A stretch of 64,000 bases of DNA from Octopus sinensis (lineage: Eukaryota), in the NCBI RefSeq assembly GCF_006345805.1, contig NC_043009.1:44764001-44828000 (forward strand), given 5' to 3'. Each line of letters opens with the position of its first letter. Positions within the stretch are counted from its first letter, which is position 1. The notes under the pieces were generated by a model. That model did no database searches. It saw only the letters and a list, made by a program, of their open reading frames with translations, and was not told the origin of the DNA. Below, piece by piece: positions 28,305 through 41,763 of the stretch. Both the position numbers and the translations under genes were made by a program.

Positions 28305-28813
28305 TAAGTAGTTACAGGGACGTAAACAAACCAACATCGGTTGTTAAACAGTGCTTGGAACAAACACGAAGACACACTTATACTCACACACACGACTGGA
28401 TTTCTTTCGGTTTCTGTCTACGAAATCTACTCACAAAGTTTTGGTCGTCACGGGACTATTTTAGAAGACACTTGTCCATCGTGCCACTAAACCTGGAACC
28501 ATATGGTAGGGAGGCAAACTTCTTATCGTGCAGCCACGCCCACGCCTATCGGTCACTTTTACCGAACTGCTAAGTTGCGGGGAGGTAAATACACCAACAC
28601 TGGTTGTCAAGTGGTGAGGGAGACACACACACACACACACACACACATACGATGAGTTTTTTTCAGTTTCCGTCAAACAAATCCACTCACAAGGCTTTGG
28701 TCGACCCGAGGCTATAGTAGAAGACACTTGCCCAAGGTGCCACGCAGTGGTATCGATCCCAGAACCATATGGTTGAGAACCAAATTCCTTACCACACAGC
28801 CATACCTGCGCCT
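28305..28813 (-). mobile_element. Two tandem 3'-truncated SINE family A copies
   Basis: Heads end at about 28547 and 28813. Confidence 0.75.
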
Positions 28814-29341
28814 AGTTGATTTATTTCTCCAGCCATCTGTTACATCGTATGGAGAGAGGAGAGGAGAAGGCTAAAGAGACAATTAGCATAAAGAGTTCAG
28901 GATGGGTGCATATACTACGCTTAGTGACAGGCAATGAGTAAAAAAAAACTCTATACCTACATAATTGAAGAGAAAGAATCACAGAGGCGGGGGAAAGGGA
29001 AGAGAAGATGTGAATGACATTGTAGCTTTTGGAAATTTGCTTAACTTTATTTTAAGGTAATAATTTTTTTTTTTCTTTTGGACATTATTATTTATTTCAT
29101 CACTTGGTACAAGTACCAAGAAAAGTGATAAAAGTTGAATTATTATTATTGTAGGTATTCCATATTTTCTGATATCGTCTATGGTGGCAAAAGTGTACTC
29201 CGAAGTTATCCCCCATAAAAACGAATAACATTAAATTTGCGGAATCAACCAACAGAATGATATTTCACACAATACACAGAAAGGCTGCATTCGTATTCTT
29301 ATTACCATAAACATTCGCTCTCCTTACAGAACAGAAGTAAC

Positions 29342-29781
29342 AAGGCGACGAGCTGGCAGAAAGGCGGTGAGCTGGCAGAAACGTTAGCACGCCGGGCGAA
29401 ATGCTTAGCGGTATTTCGTCTGCCGTTACGTTCTGAGTTCAAATTCCGCCGAGGTCGACTTTGACTTTCATCCTTTCGGGGTCGATTAAATAAGTACCAT
29501 TTATGCACTGGAGTCGATGTAATCCACTTAATACCTATGCCTGTCCTTGTTTGTCCCCTCTATGTTTAGCCCCTTGTTGGTAATAAAGAAATAGGTATTT
29601 CGTCTGCCGCTACGTTCTGAGTTCAAATTCCGCCGAGGTCGACTTTGCCTTTCATCCTTTCGGGGTCGATGAAATAAGTACCAGTTACGCACTGGGGTCG
29701 AAATAATCGACTTAACCCCTTTGTTTGTCCTTATTTGTCCCCTCTATATTTTGCCCCTTGTGGGCAATAAAGAAATAAGAA
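29342..29781 (+). mobile_element. SINE family B with duplicated head and tandem body, TSD-flanked
   Basis: aaggcggcgagctggcagaaacgttagc-type head, gcctttcatcctttcggggtcgat..aagtacca central domain present twice; AGAACAGAAGTAAC at 29328-29341 and 29782-29795. Confidence 0.9.
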
Positions 29782-30123
29782 AGAACAGAAGTAACAACGT
29801 TTCTATACACTAAGACAATACAAGATCTTTTTGACCAGACGATTTGCAGACAATTTTTAAAGAAATCATTGAGGCAGTCTCACAATATTGCTTGTCTGGG
29901 CTATATGTATGTGTGTGAGAAGGAGAGACAGACAGACAGATAGTCATTAGCTCATGAATTTTAAAAGCCAAATACTTCCCACCTTTCTCATTATCAGAGC
30001 TACAGTTTCTGTAGTTCCGAAGATATAAATGTCAGATACACACATGATGTGCGAGTGTGTGTAGAGGGGAGTTGTGTGTGTATGTAAGTAATATGCATAT
30101 ATATATATACATATATATATATA

Positions 30124-30159
<36 letters not shown>

Positions 30160-30241
30160 TGCGTGTGTAATATATATATATATATGCATAAGTATATATG
30201 TACATGTATATAGGTATATGCATATATATATGTATGTATAG

Positions 30242-30283
<42 letters not shown>

Positions 30284-30299
30284 ACATATGTATATCTGC

Positions 30300-30345
<46 letters not shown>

Positions 30346-31056
30346 TGTCTGCATATATGTGTGCGTGTGTGTGTGTGGTGTGTGTGTGGTGTTTGTGTGT
30401 GTGTGTGTATATATATACACACACACAAACACCACACATTACACTAACACGCACCCGAGTTAAGGAAGAAGCTAAATATAGAAATTCTGCTAGGTTAAGA
30501 AGGAAACTAAATATAGAACAGAGCGAATTCTTTCTCAACGAAATTTGGCAATTTCTTAAAATACTTTACAAATGTAACATGCATACTAAAATTAAGCAGA
30601 AATTCAAGACAGTGTTCAGCAAGCTTCATTTCATTATATAATAGACTCCACACAAACACTTCCGAAACGAGCATCTAAAACTAGCAGGAAAAAGTCATAT
30701 TATATTTAATCAATAAGTTAACCAAAAGGCTAAATCAACGCTTTTAAAGATCATAAAAACTATTTTGGAAAGCAATATGGTAATCGATACTAAGAAAATC
30801 ACTTGTCACTGTAGAAGTTCAAACAAGTGACTTAAATCGCCGAAGTTAAAATCTCGAACTGTAGGCTTTGTTTGTTTTGGGTTTTTTTTGTTTTTTGTTT
30901 TTTGGGGTTTTTTTTTTTGTTTATTTCCTTTTCCATTGCCTCACATGATCAAAGTTTGTGAAGTGATCAATATGAAAAGCGATTAATTTATATCTTAGTA
31001 TCAGAGGAGAGTATTAACTGGAGAGTTGCAGTTTCGAATTAGTTATAAGTCATTTA

Positions 31057-31494
31057 GGATCTTTTCGGTTTGAACGGCAGTTTTTTCTAGCGGTGTCATG
31101 TGAAATTGTCACCCATAATTATGACCCTAGAATCGATCAATTGCATTTCAATCTGTTTTCGGGTTAGGGTTAGTTAGGGTTAGGGTTAGGGTTAGGGGTG
31201 GGGGTAAGGGTATCTTTTTTTCTTAACAAATGTAAATAAACCCAATCTGTTTCTTAAACGAGGGACATATTCATACGGCACAGAATGTTTTCCCCTCAAT
31301 AGACGTCATTGATAGATTGAAATTGCAGAAATTGAAGAAAAAAAACAACAAATATCTTACAAACTATAGAATTTTCTCAATAAAGCCAAGAGAAAAAGAT
31401 GTTTTATAAACACATTCTACCAGTATACGAAGTTTTAAATTTTTTAGTTACCTAGAAATTATGTTAAAAACTGCCATTCAAACCGAAAAGATCC
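31057..31494. mobile_element. MITE with GGATCTTTT termini and 8-bp TSD
   Basis: TIRs ggatcttttcggtttgaacggcagtttt / aaaaactgccattcaaaccgaaaagatcc (1 mismatch); TSD GTCATTTA at 31049-31056 and 31495-31502; internal (TTAGGG)-like tract. Confidence 0.92.
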
Positions 31495-31872
31495 GTCATT
31501 TAGAGTTGTTTGGGGGCAAAATTATATAAGGGTGTCTTTTTTTTTTCGTACATGACTGCTTTCTTAAGGACGTAACAATGTAGCCAATTGGTTCTGGGTT
31601 CGATCCCACTGTGCATCAACCATTGGGTAGAGAATTCAAACACATAATAATTGAAAGTGACTATAAAGGTAATACCCAACACTAGGATAGGCCTATGGCC
31701 CGTCAGTTCAGGAGCTCCCTTCTGTTTGTTTGGGTTTTTTTTTTTAGGCATATCTACTGTTCATCGCCGGTTGGCAAGCCTGTCGCGACTTCACCATTCA
31801 CAATTCTCACATTCACGAATTTTCTGTTTGTTGTAGTCACAACTTTTCCTGCTGACAAACTATTTGTTTATA

Positions 31873-32160
31873 CAGTTTTATATTTAAGAGATCAGGAATT
31901 ATGTACATTATTTACATTATTTACATTTGACGGATATTTGTCCTCATCTTGTTTGTTGTTAACACAACGTTTTGACTGATATACCCTCCAGCCTTCATCA
32001 GGTGTCTTGGGGAAATTTCGAACTTGGGTTCTCATTACTAAGGTATTTTTCGATGTTATTATTATTATTATTATTGGGCATATGGCGTAGTGGTGAAGAG
32101 CGCGAGCTAATAACCCCAAGACTCCGAGTTGGATTCCAAGCAGTGACCTGAATAATGATG

Positions 32161-32220
<60 letters not shown>

Positions 32221-32360
32221 TCGAAAAATGCCTTAGCAATGAGAACCCAAGTTCAAAATTTCTCCAAGACACCTGATAAAGGCTGGAGGGTATATCAGCC
32301 GAAACGTTGTGTTAACAACAAACAAGAGGAGGACAAATATCCGTCAAACGTAAATAAAGT
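31873..32360. mobile_element. Second inverted dimer of the tRNA-head/hammerhead element
   Basis: Minus tail-only copy 31873-32075 joined at (AAT)n to plus copy 32076-32360; 13-bp direct repeat AAACTATTTGTTT at 31857-31869 and 32361-32373. Both ribozyme cores are mutated (CTGATAA; AAAA for GAAA). Confidence 0.88.
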
Positions 32361-32843
32361 AAACTATTTGTTTTTCTTGTTTGTTCTATTTTCTTACCAT
32401 TCTAATTTTGCAGTGCAATTTCATATGTCCTGTAAACCCGCAGCGAAAATACTTTGCTTTTTTGGTATAGACAATCTTTTTTCAGGTGCATCTCACGACA
32501 TGCCATACATGGGTCTACATCCCGATAATTTTTTCTGTTTTTCCTGCAACACTTTATTCGTCTTCCTACTTTTTTGCACTGGTCTTATGTGAAAACACTC
32601 TTTCCGTTGAATTTCTTCCGTGTCATACCTTAATTTTAATATTATGTCACACACTTCCGACAGTTTCTGCGATGTCACATACTGGTTCATTTCCAGTTTT
32701 GTTAGAATTTCCGTTTGGATTTCTGCATCCCTTTTATCTGTCAATCCTTGCGCAAAAATCAAACACTTTGAAAGAATCTGGAGTAAGCATATCCAGCCCA
32801 CATCTCTCACATTCTTTGTTGACTCTGTGTAAGTAGTGAAGTC

Positions 32844-33295
32844 GGATCTTTTTCCTTTTGAACGGCAGACAATTTCTAGTTAACTAAACACTTTAAAACT
32901 TCGTATACTGGTAAAATGTGTCAAAATAAAACATTTTTTTTCTCTTGGCTTTCTTGAGAATATTGTAATTCGTTTGTTTAACGTAGTTTGATTTTTCGAA
33001 TTTTAACCAATCCTATGCTCTCTTTTGAACTAAAATCATTTGCTGCGTCTAAAACTGAGACAACATCCTGTAACTAACCCTAACCCTAATTTTTTTTTTC
33101 TGGACGTAATCGATTGGTTAAAATTGCCGAAATGCTCGGATTTTCAGACGAAATATCTTACAAACTATAGAATTTTCTCAATAAAACCAAGAGAAAATGA
33201 TGTTTTATAAACACATTCTACCAGTATACGAAGTTTAAAACTTTTTAGTTACCTAGAAATTATGTTACAAACTGCCGTTCATAAGGAAAAGATCC
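32844..33295. mobile_element. Related foldback MITE inserted in Gypsy gag
   Basis: GGATCTTTT...AAAAGATCC ends, long imperfect inverted arms, central ctaaccctaaccctaa; TSD GTGAAGTC at 32836-32843 and 33296-33303. Confidence 0.9.
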
Positions 33296-34120
33296 GTGAA
33301 GTCTTCATCTTCGCTCTCTTCTATGTTTAAACATTCCCATCTAGTATTAAACAGTGAGCTCTTTTCACTAAACATTTTGCACAAAATATCAACTGTGTCA
33401 GTGAAATTTTGTGTCGGATGCTTTTTTTTAGCAATATAAAATTACTATACTTTTCATGCTCTGCTGTCGCTAGTTTTCCTAAAACTAGACGCGTTTTCAT
33501 TCCGTACGTCCAATCCTGACATTCTTTTTCAAAAATTTGTTCAAATCTTCGAAAGAAAACCTCGAAGATTACTCCTTCTTCAGTGTCATATTTGAATTCG
33601 CTTATGGAATTTCCTACATGGTCAGGCGAAAACGTATTCTCTGGTTTGATTATCAACTTCCTTCATTAGTTGTAAACATTTGCTGCTTGTTACTGTTCTC
33701 GTTGTTCCTTGAGTTCTTGTTGTTGTCGCAGTTTTTGCAACTCAACTACCCCAGCTAACAAGTCTTCCATATTTTACGATTTTCGTAAGTTGCACAAGAT
33801 TTTCGGGGTTTTTTTTTTTTGTTTTTTTTTGTCGAGTTATTTAATTTTCCAACGTGAATCAGTTTAGACTCTCCCTGTGACTGTTTTTTCTATTTTTTCT
33901 ATCGTCTCTTATTGCCGAACCGCTATGTTATGGAGATGTAAACAAACAATCACCAGTAGCAAACGGAGGTGGGGATGAACACAGACACAAAGACAGACAG
34001 ACAAAAAGATAGACAGACACACACACATACACATATATAATACCAAGAAGTTTTCACTTGCTTCTGTTATAAAATAATCCCACAAATAATATTTCCATAA
34101 TTCTCAATCTTAATATATAT

Positions 34121-34420
34121 AGGAGCACTCCGTCGGTTACGACGACGATTGTTCCAGCTCGTGGAATTAACGTGCAAGTGACTGAGCAATCCACAGACAC
34201 GAGTACCCTTAACGTAGTTCTCAGGGAGATTCAGCGTGACACAGAGTGTGACAAGGCCGGCCCTTTGAAATACAGGTACAACTCATTTTTGCCAGCTGAG
34301 TGGACTGGAGCAACGTGAAATAAAGTGTCTTGCTCAAGGACACAACGCATCGCCGGGAACCGAACTCACGACCTTACAATCGTCAGTCGAATGCCCTAAC
34401 CACTAAGCCACGCGCCTTCA
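34121..34420 (-). mobile_element. SINE family C with 18-bp TSD
   Basis: tRNA-like head tgaaggcgcgtggcttagtggttagg, gtgtccttgagcaagacac core; CTCAATCTTAATATATAT at 34103-34120 and 34421-34438. Confidence 0.92.
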
Positions 34421-34723
34421 CTCAATCTTAATATATATTTTGATTAGCATAGAACAGCAACTGTTGCCACATGCTAGATTATGATAATGGAATAAGCAGA
34501 TGTGCTCCAAGAGGAAACAGCTGGGATTTGCCGTAATTACATTCTATAATATATAATAAATATGTTAAATTTGAAAATTTGGGGAAAAGAGAAATTCAAA
34601 TTGATGATAAATTTTCAGTGAACGAACATTTGTTATTCTATACCAGGCTCTTACATGAAGTGTTAATGGGATGGTAGCCTGTTTTTTTTTTTTATCCCGT
34701 GAAACTTCATAGATATATATTTA

Positions 34724-34852
<129 letters not shown>

Positions 34853-34856
34853 ATTT

Positions 34857-35025
34857 AGGCGCAGGAATGGCTGTATGGTAAGAAGCTTGCTTCCCAATCA
34901 CATGGTTCCGCGTTCAGTCCCACTACGTGGCATTTTGGGCAAGTGTCTTCTACTATAGCCTCGGGCCGACCAAAGCCTGGTGAGTGGATTTGGTAGACGG
35001 AGACTGAAAAGAAACCCGTCGTATG

Positions 35026-35068
<43 letters not shown>

Positions 35069-35268
35069 TTGGCCCCCACCATCGCTTGACAACCGATGTT
35101 GGTGTGTTTGCGTCCCCGTACATTAGCGGTTCCGCAAAAGTAACCGATATAAGTATCAATACTAGGCTTACGAAGCATAAGTTCTGCGGTCGATTTTGTT
35201 CAACTAAAGGTTGTGCTCCAGCATGGCCGCAATCAAATAACTGAGACAAGGAAAAGTATAAAAGAATA
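34857..35268 (+). mobile_element. SINE family A
   Basis: Full-length copy. Confidence 0.9.
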
Positions 35269-35750
35269 TATATGTATGTATGTATGTATTTATGTATATT
35301 GTTTTGAATTTGGCGCGAGATTATTCAAAATGTAACGGATTACAAATAGCCGTGATGGATTTTTTCCTTTTAGGTAGAGAGATTTGCTGAGGAGAATTGA
35401 GGTGCTAGCCAGAATTCGAAACCATGATCCAGGTATATCTGTTACCTCATTCTACAGCTTTTTAGCTGAGATAGTATGTTAAATTCCGCTCGTTTGTCCG
35501 ATTCGTGTTGGTCCGTTACATATTTTCAGTGAGATTGGTGGTTATGAATTTTTACTTTCACTTTCTAGCAAGCTAGTGTTTCTTGTGCCCTCTAGTATAA
35601 TCATGATTTTATTGTATAGCTGTTTAATGCTAATATCGCTTGCTGCCACTAATGTTATTATTGTTGTTGTTACCAATTATTTGGATTTGCCACGGATAGT
35701 AATAATAATAGTAATTTCCTTAAGAGTATTTGCTTGAATATTTACTCACG

Positions 35751-35751
<1 letters not shown>

Positions 35752-35799
<48 letters not shown>

Positions 35800-36168
35800 C
35801 ACTTACATACATACATACATACGTACTTGCATGCATACACATACATACATACATACATACATACATACATACATACATACATACATACATACACACATAC
35901 ATACATACATACGTACGTACGTACGTGCGTGCGTGCGTGCATGCGTGCATACATACATACATACATACATACATACATACATACATACATACATACGTGC
36001 ATGCATGCATGCATACATACATACATACATACATACATACATACATACATACATACATACGTGCATGCATGCATACATACATACATACATACATACATAC
36101 ATACATACATACATACATACATACATACATACATACACACATACATACACACGTGCATACGTACATAT
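35752..36168. repeat. (TA)n then (CATA)n with CGTA/CATG variants
   Basis: Direct reading. Confidence 0.96.
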
Positions 36169-37059
36169 ACATCTTTTATTTCTTAACTCTTTTACTCTTT
36201 TTACTTCTTTCAGTCATATAACTGCAGCCATGCTGGACACCACCTTGAAGGGGACAAATGTAGACATAAACACACACACACACACACACACACACATGAT
36301 TTTGACGTTGGTGGGGTGTTGAAACATGAGAAAACGTTCAACAAAATATTTGCAAATATCCAACCATGTATTGCAGGGGAGGTAAGTTTTACTAAGTTTT
36401 GAGTTGTGTCCCTTATATTGTGAGTGAAGCCGTCACAGACGGGTAACTTAAGCATTAATTCAAAGGTTAGATTTATTCGTTGGCTACAATGGCATAAGTT
36501 GGCAATATTTTATGTAATCGAGTGTTAATTAAATAAGAATCCGTGTATAACTCATTCTCTTTTATCAGTCGTTAGATGAGTAAAAACAAAAATGTTAAAT
36601 AACAACAAACTACGTATAAATCGTTTGGAGTGTGAAGGGAGGTAACTCTGTGCCACTTAAAACGTTCCGCGTGATTCTCTAGTGATTTTGTTATCCACCG
36701 ATCTTTACATATAGAGAATTACTTGAATATTTATGTACATTGTACTCTCTAAAGTGTATGCTTGTGCGCCCTCTCACGTTTTGCAACTACTAAAGAAAAC
36801 GATTTTTTAAGAAAAAGTCGGATTTTTTTAACATGGACGTGTTAGCATCGATGCACGCTTATTTCGCAAAAAGAGGAAATTTGCTAACAATGGAGAGTTC
36901 CTGCGCATGTTGACAGCTAAAAGTTAGCAGCAGCATTGCTTGTGTAGCTGTTACCGACAATGGAGTACTAACAATTTGTAACATTAATGGATTATCCGAG
37001 ATAGTCAATGTGGCTGTGAAATCTTGCATTTATTAATTTCAACTCTTTTTATTAATAAT

Positions 37060-38590
37060 TAATTATTTCTTTCCGGGTAAATGGACATCTAACTGTTCAA
37101 AGAAGACTTCAAAAGTAAATAGCAGAGATTTAGCTTGAAAATGCACAAAAGGTCGCATTGTGGTGTTATGAAGTACAACTTCCACTTGATTTTCTCCCCT
37201 CCATACACACACAAGCATGTATCTGACTCATACATTGTTCGCTTTCCAGACATTTCTACATTACTGCATGTACTTTATATGCACTTTCTGACAAGTTGTG
37301 GTGCACTTGAGCACTGTATACAATAATTTCATTATTATTATATTATTATTAAAGGACATTCGTGTTGACATGGTTGCTAGATTAGGAGATGACACTCCAG
37401 CTTCATCAACAGTGCAGAAGGGGGCAGCTGAATTTAGGAGAGGAACGGAAAATCACAGAAGATGACTCATGGTTTGGATGAGGAGAATATTGATCGTGTT
37501 CACTACTTGCTAACGGATGATGAGCGATAGACCATACACCAAATAGCCAATGCTATATCCTGTGAGAGAGTTGCGAATATTCTGCACAATGAACTTGGCA
37601 TGATAAAGGTCTCTGTTCGGTGGGTGCTGCGCCTTCTGGCACCTAATCAAAAGTGCACCAGGCTGATCACATCACGGGAAAATCTGACATTGTCTGAATC
37701 AGATCCAGTTGGTTTCCTTGAACGCTAAACTAGGATGATTGTTTGGTTCATCACTTTGAGCCCGAGATAAAGAGACAATGCAGTGGAAACTCTCCTCCTC
37801 TTCTGCTCCAAAGATGGCCATAGTTGTTTCATCTACAGGGAAGGTGATGGCCTCAGTTTTGAAGGATGCAAAAGGCGTTGTGTATATTGACTAACTTTAA
37901 AAGGTCACATCATCAACAGAGAGTAGTATGCCAACATACTGAGGCAGTTACAAAAGGCTATCAAGACCAAATGCCCAGGAAAACTGATGAAAGATTCGGC
38001 GAGCTGGCAGAAACGTTAGCACGCCGGGAAAAATGCTTAGCAGTATTTCGTCTGCCGCTACGTTCTGAGTTCAAATTTCGCCGAGGTCGACTTTGCCTTT
38101 CATCCTTTCGAGGTCGATAAATGAAGTACCAGTTGCATACTGGGGTCGATCTAATCAACTGGGCCCCTCCCCCAAAATTTCGAACCTTGTGCCTAGAGTA
38201 GAAAAGGAAATATTCTTGCTTCATTAATACAATGCTCTAGCACGTAAGTTCTTTGTTTCAATGGCTGCAGTGCATGATTGTGGCTCTGAATCAAGAGAAT
38301 AAGGTGAATGGTCAGCACCCTCCCTATTCTCCTAATGTGGCCCCATCTTATTATCATCTGTTTTCCAACATACAAAAAACACTTGACTGAGAATGGGTAT
38401 TGTAGTGATGATGACGTCACATCGGCAGTTGATGACTTTTTTTACCAACAGGTTGAAAACCTCGTCACCAATGGAATCTAAGCACCGCAAAACCGACAGA
38501 AGAAGTGTGTGAACCACAAGGAGGACTATGCTGAAAAAATAAACCTCATTTGGTCTCATTCCATAAAGGTATCTTAGTCATCTTTATGAA
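37060..38590 (+). mobile_element. Decayed mariner transposase copy with nested insertions
   Basis: WVLRLL (WVPxxL-like) at about 37621, GKVMASV, HPPYSPNVAPS (YSPDLAP-like) at about 38316; stops and frameshifts; SINE inserted at about 37996-38207. Confidence 0.85.
37996..38207 (+). mobile_element. SINE family B, alternative-tail subfamily, inside mariner
   Basis: Same head and central domain; tail ccccaaaatttcgaaccttgtgcc. Confidence 0.85.
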
Positions 38591-39178
38591 CATTTCAGTC
38601 GACTTTCTTATTCTTCGTTGAGATGAAAGTAGTCCTTAATATATTCACATTTGCTTTCCATTCTTGCTGAATTCAATAAAATGTTGCTCATTAAGTTAAT
38701 GTGATCTTTACTCCTACTATTGACTCTGAGGCACCACCTTGAAGGATTTAGTCGAACAAATCTAACCCGATCGTTTTTTGTTTGTTTTTTCTTGGAGGCG
38801 GAGGTGAAAATCTAGTACTTATTTCATATGTGACGGGGATGTAAAAAGACCAACACCGTTTGCCAAGCGGTTTGAGTAGCACATATTTACGCACGTATTT
38901 ACGCACGAGTCACACACACATACACAATCCCCGCATATGTCAGATTACTGATGATCCCAAAGAGTATGCATAACTTATTGCCGAGTGATGTGCTGATATT
39001 TCTACTGTTGGAGAACCAGATGTACCATCTTCAGTGCTACTGTGATAACATCTCAAGCATGCACAAATACCTTCATATTATACGAAATATTAATTCTGAG
39101 TGGGTATTGCGATATATTCATGTAGCTGGAGCTTCTTTTTTATTGGTCGTGGTTTATATTATGGTTTATATATAATTA

Positions 39179-39559
39179 CTAGCAATATCGCCCGGCGTTG
39201 CTCGGGTTTGTTTCGACCCTTTAGAATTGGAATTTTTGAAAAGTAAAAATTTTGCATTATGTAGCTTGTTATTCTCTTTAAGTGAACATTTTTCTGGTTG
39301 AAATACACCGAAAAATGGCGACACAGCAGTAAAAAAATCGTAATAAATAGGGATTTTTAAAACCCTTTTTTATGTAAATAATTTTAGGTCTTAACATGGT
39401 CCGATTTGAATTGTATCTTCTACGGAATGAAGAGCAAACCTTCTTCTATCAAACTCTCAATTTTGGTCAACTTGCGCTGCAGGGTCTCGGAGGAGATAGT
39501 GTTAGTTGAAGGCTACCAAACCTGCCACACACAGACAACTTCACCTTTATATATATAGA
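39179..39559 (-). mobile_element. Non-autonomous Helitron (second copy)
   Basis: Reverse complement of the 17833-18222 element, with the same termini and hairpin (cccggcgttgctcggg). Confidence 0.85.
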
Positions 39560-40109
39560 TTTATACTCGGAATGTGGGGGCAGTATTATATATTTTGGTG
39601 ATATTGGCCGGTTTTATTGGATATGTATCACCTAGAGGAGAAATGCCTTTTTGAGGGGCTACAGTCATTAATAACTGGGTTTCAGTAGTTCCACATATCG
39701 AGGAGATTTTATTGAATTTGAAATTTCTTCTTTGTTCTTGATAGTGTTGCTTTTCTGCTTCAAACGCGGCGAGCTCTTTCTATGCCCCATTTTGACTACT
39801 TTTTCAATTTTGCCTTTGGGTATCCATTTTACCCCAAAACAATGGGAAAATTGCCAGTGTTATTCCATAGTTCAAAAAAGAAAATTAACAGCACATTATC
39901 TGTCAATTACCATTGAGTTAGTCTCATAAGGTGTATTGCCAAATTAGTGGAGTCCTGTATCAGAGAGAGTGACACTCTGGAACTTCTAAAACTCTCGTAA
40001 CCTTATTCAATCCACACAACCTCAATTTATCCCTAATTTCAGCTGCAATTGCCGACTCATTGAATTTCTTGAAGACACCGCCTGAAATCAAAGTTGGCTG
40101 CTCATGAGT

Positions 40110-40230
40110 AAATGTTATCAATCCCGATTTCGCCAAAGCCTTTTATTGTGTCACTTGACTTTTGTCGAAGCTCTCGGCAATGGACGTTGAAGGCTGTTTA
40201 TAATAGGTTCACCGAGTTACTTCCCTTAGT
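40110..40230 (+). mobile_element. Short CR1/L2-like RT fragment
   Basis: PDFAKAF...LLSKLSAMDVEG.LY resembles the DFxKAF RT motif. Confidence 0.5.
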
Positions 40231-41706
40231 TATATATTAAATGGCTGAATGAAGTGGTTTTGAGATACTAGCATGAAGTATCTTTAAAAAATGTAAAGAA
40301 ATTGGAAGATCTTCCACAAGATGACTAACATGGAAGTGAAGGACATCACGAAATATTTGTGTGGTGGATCCAACTTAGCGAAATTGTTATTGCTAAGCCC
40401 CCAATGTGAGATTTCACGAAGTAGCACAACACTTCAAGTCCACTACCAAAATGTAGTGTTGGGTACACAACAATGTACATAATTATTAATATTATTATTA
40501 TTATTATTATTATTATTAAGGCGGCGAGCTGGCAGAAACGTTAGCACGCCGGACGAAATATTTGGCGGTGTAGCAAGTAGCCATTTTAAAATAGGGCGCC
40601 AATTTGTGGTAGCTGGCAATATGACGTAATGTCGTATTACCGAAGAAATATTATTGTCGTTTTTCCATTGGTTAATATAACTGCTCGTATAAGAATTCTA
40701 AGAGTTACTTAAAGAATATTTGTATTTGTAATTTCGATTCTTTAAAGTCAAGTTGAGCAGTTATAAAAAACCCTGGATTTTAGGAAAAACTTCAGTGTTT
40801 GTTGGATGTAGCTAAACTCCACGACACGCAATCCTTTGAGACATTGGTGATTTTTCATGCCATGTCGGGGTCACCAATTTTCCTATTAATATCACTATAA
40901 TAGAACAGGCAGCAACATAATTTAATCCAGCAAATACCCACAGCATAATCTTGTACATAACTTTGATATCCAAGCAGCCAAGCGGAAATACCTTCACTGG
41001 AATCAATGACATTATCGAACGAACGACAGTGTCATTTATATGGTACCAACTTTGGGATCGACTCAGTATGGAAAAACGGTGTGGAACATGTCTTATACTC
41101 TACGTCATTCGTCTTGTGAAGAAGCCTACACAAACAAGAGTAACAAAGAATAAAATATCTGAGTGTGCATCCTCAGCTGTTGGCGTGAGTAGGAATGTAC
41201 TTGCGCAAGACTATACTAGATACATAAATGTATCTAATTCGAACTGGGTCACTTTTATCCTATTTATCATAATTTATATAATTTTTATTCTGTAATTAGT
41301 GCACTATCGCAGTAAGGGAGGTAACAACAATTACCATTAAAGAAGGATTATCTCCCTTTGAACACATATGTATAATGTTGCTTCAATTCGGATTTACCCT
41401 TATCTGTGATCCTTGGATAGGAGAATGTCAAAAGCAATTCCTGATCAAAGAATTAATGAATTATTTGCTAAAATAAAACACTCGCTACTAGGCCATTATT
41501 TTCAATTTCATTAAAGAATCTATTATCTACCTCTCCACGTTTCAACTCTCTCATTTCAACTGGTAACACCACCATCATGACACATGCCAAGAGAAATGCA
41601 GTATATTCACGTGTCTGAAGATTCTGTGAAAGACTGAAAATGAATTTAACTATTTTAGAAGTGACTTAAGTTTTGTAATACACACTGTGCTATAGATAAG
41701 TTCTTG

Positions 41707-41763
<57 letters not shown>

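Larger units (their letters stand above)
31785..33770 (-). mobile_element. Decayed Gypsy-type gag and protease start, interrupted by two insertions
   Basis: ATG at 33770; NSISEFKYDTEEG..FE.FFRRFE.IFEKEC, CLIFAQGLTDKRDAEI, CCHC-like knuckles and RKFVNVRIVNG; reading continues across the MITE and hammerhead-SINE insertions. Confidence 0.8.

Noticed and set aside
36640-37000. CpG-richer promoter-like segment with TGCGCATG
   Set aside because: No associated exon or start; a single motif is insufficient.
37984-37995. CTGATGA as a ribozyme core
   Set aside because: Part of the mariner coding sequence; no stems or GAAA partner.
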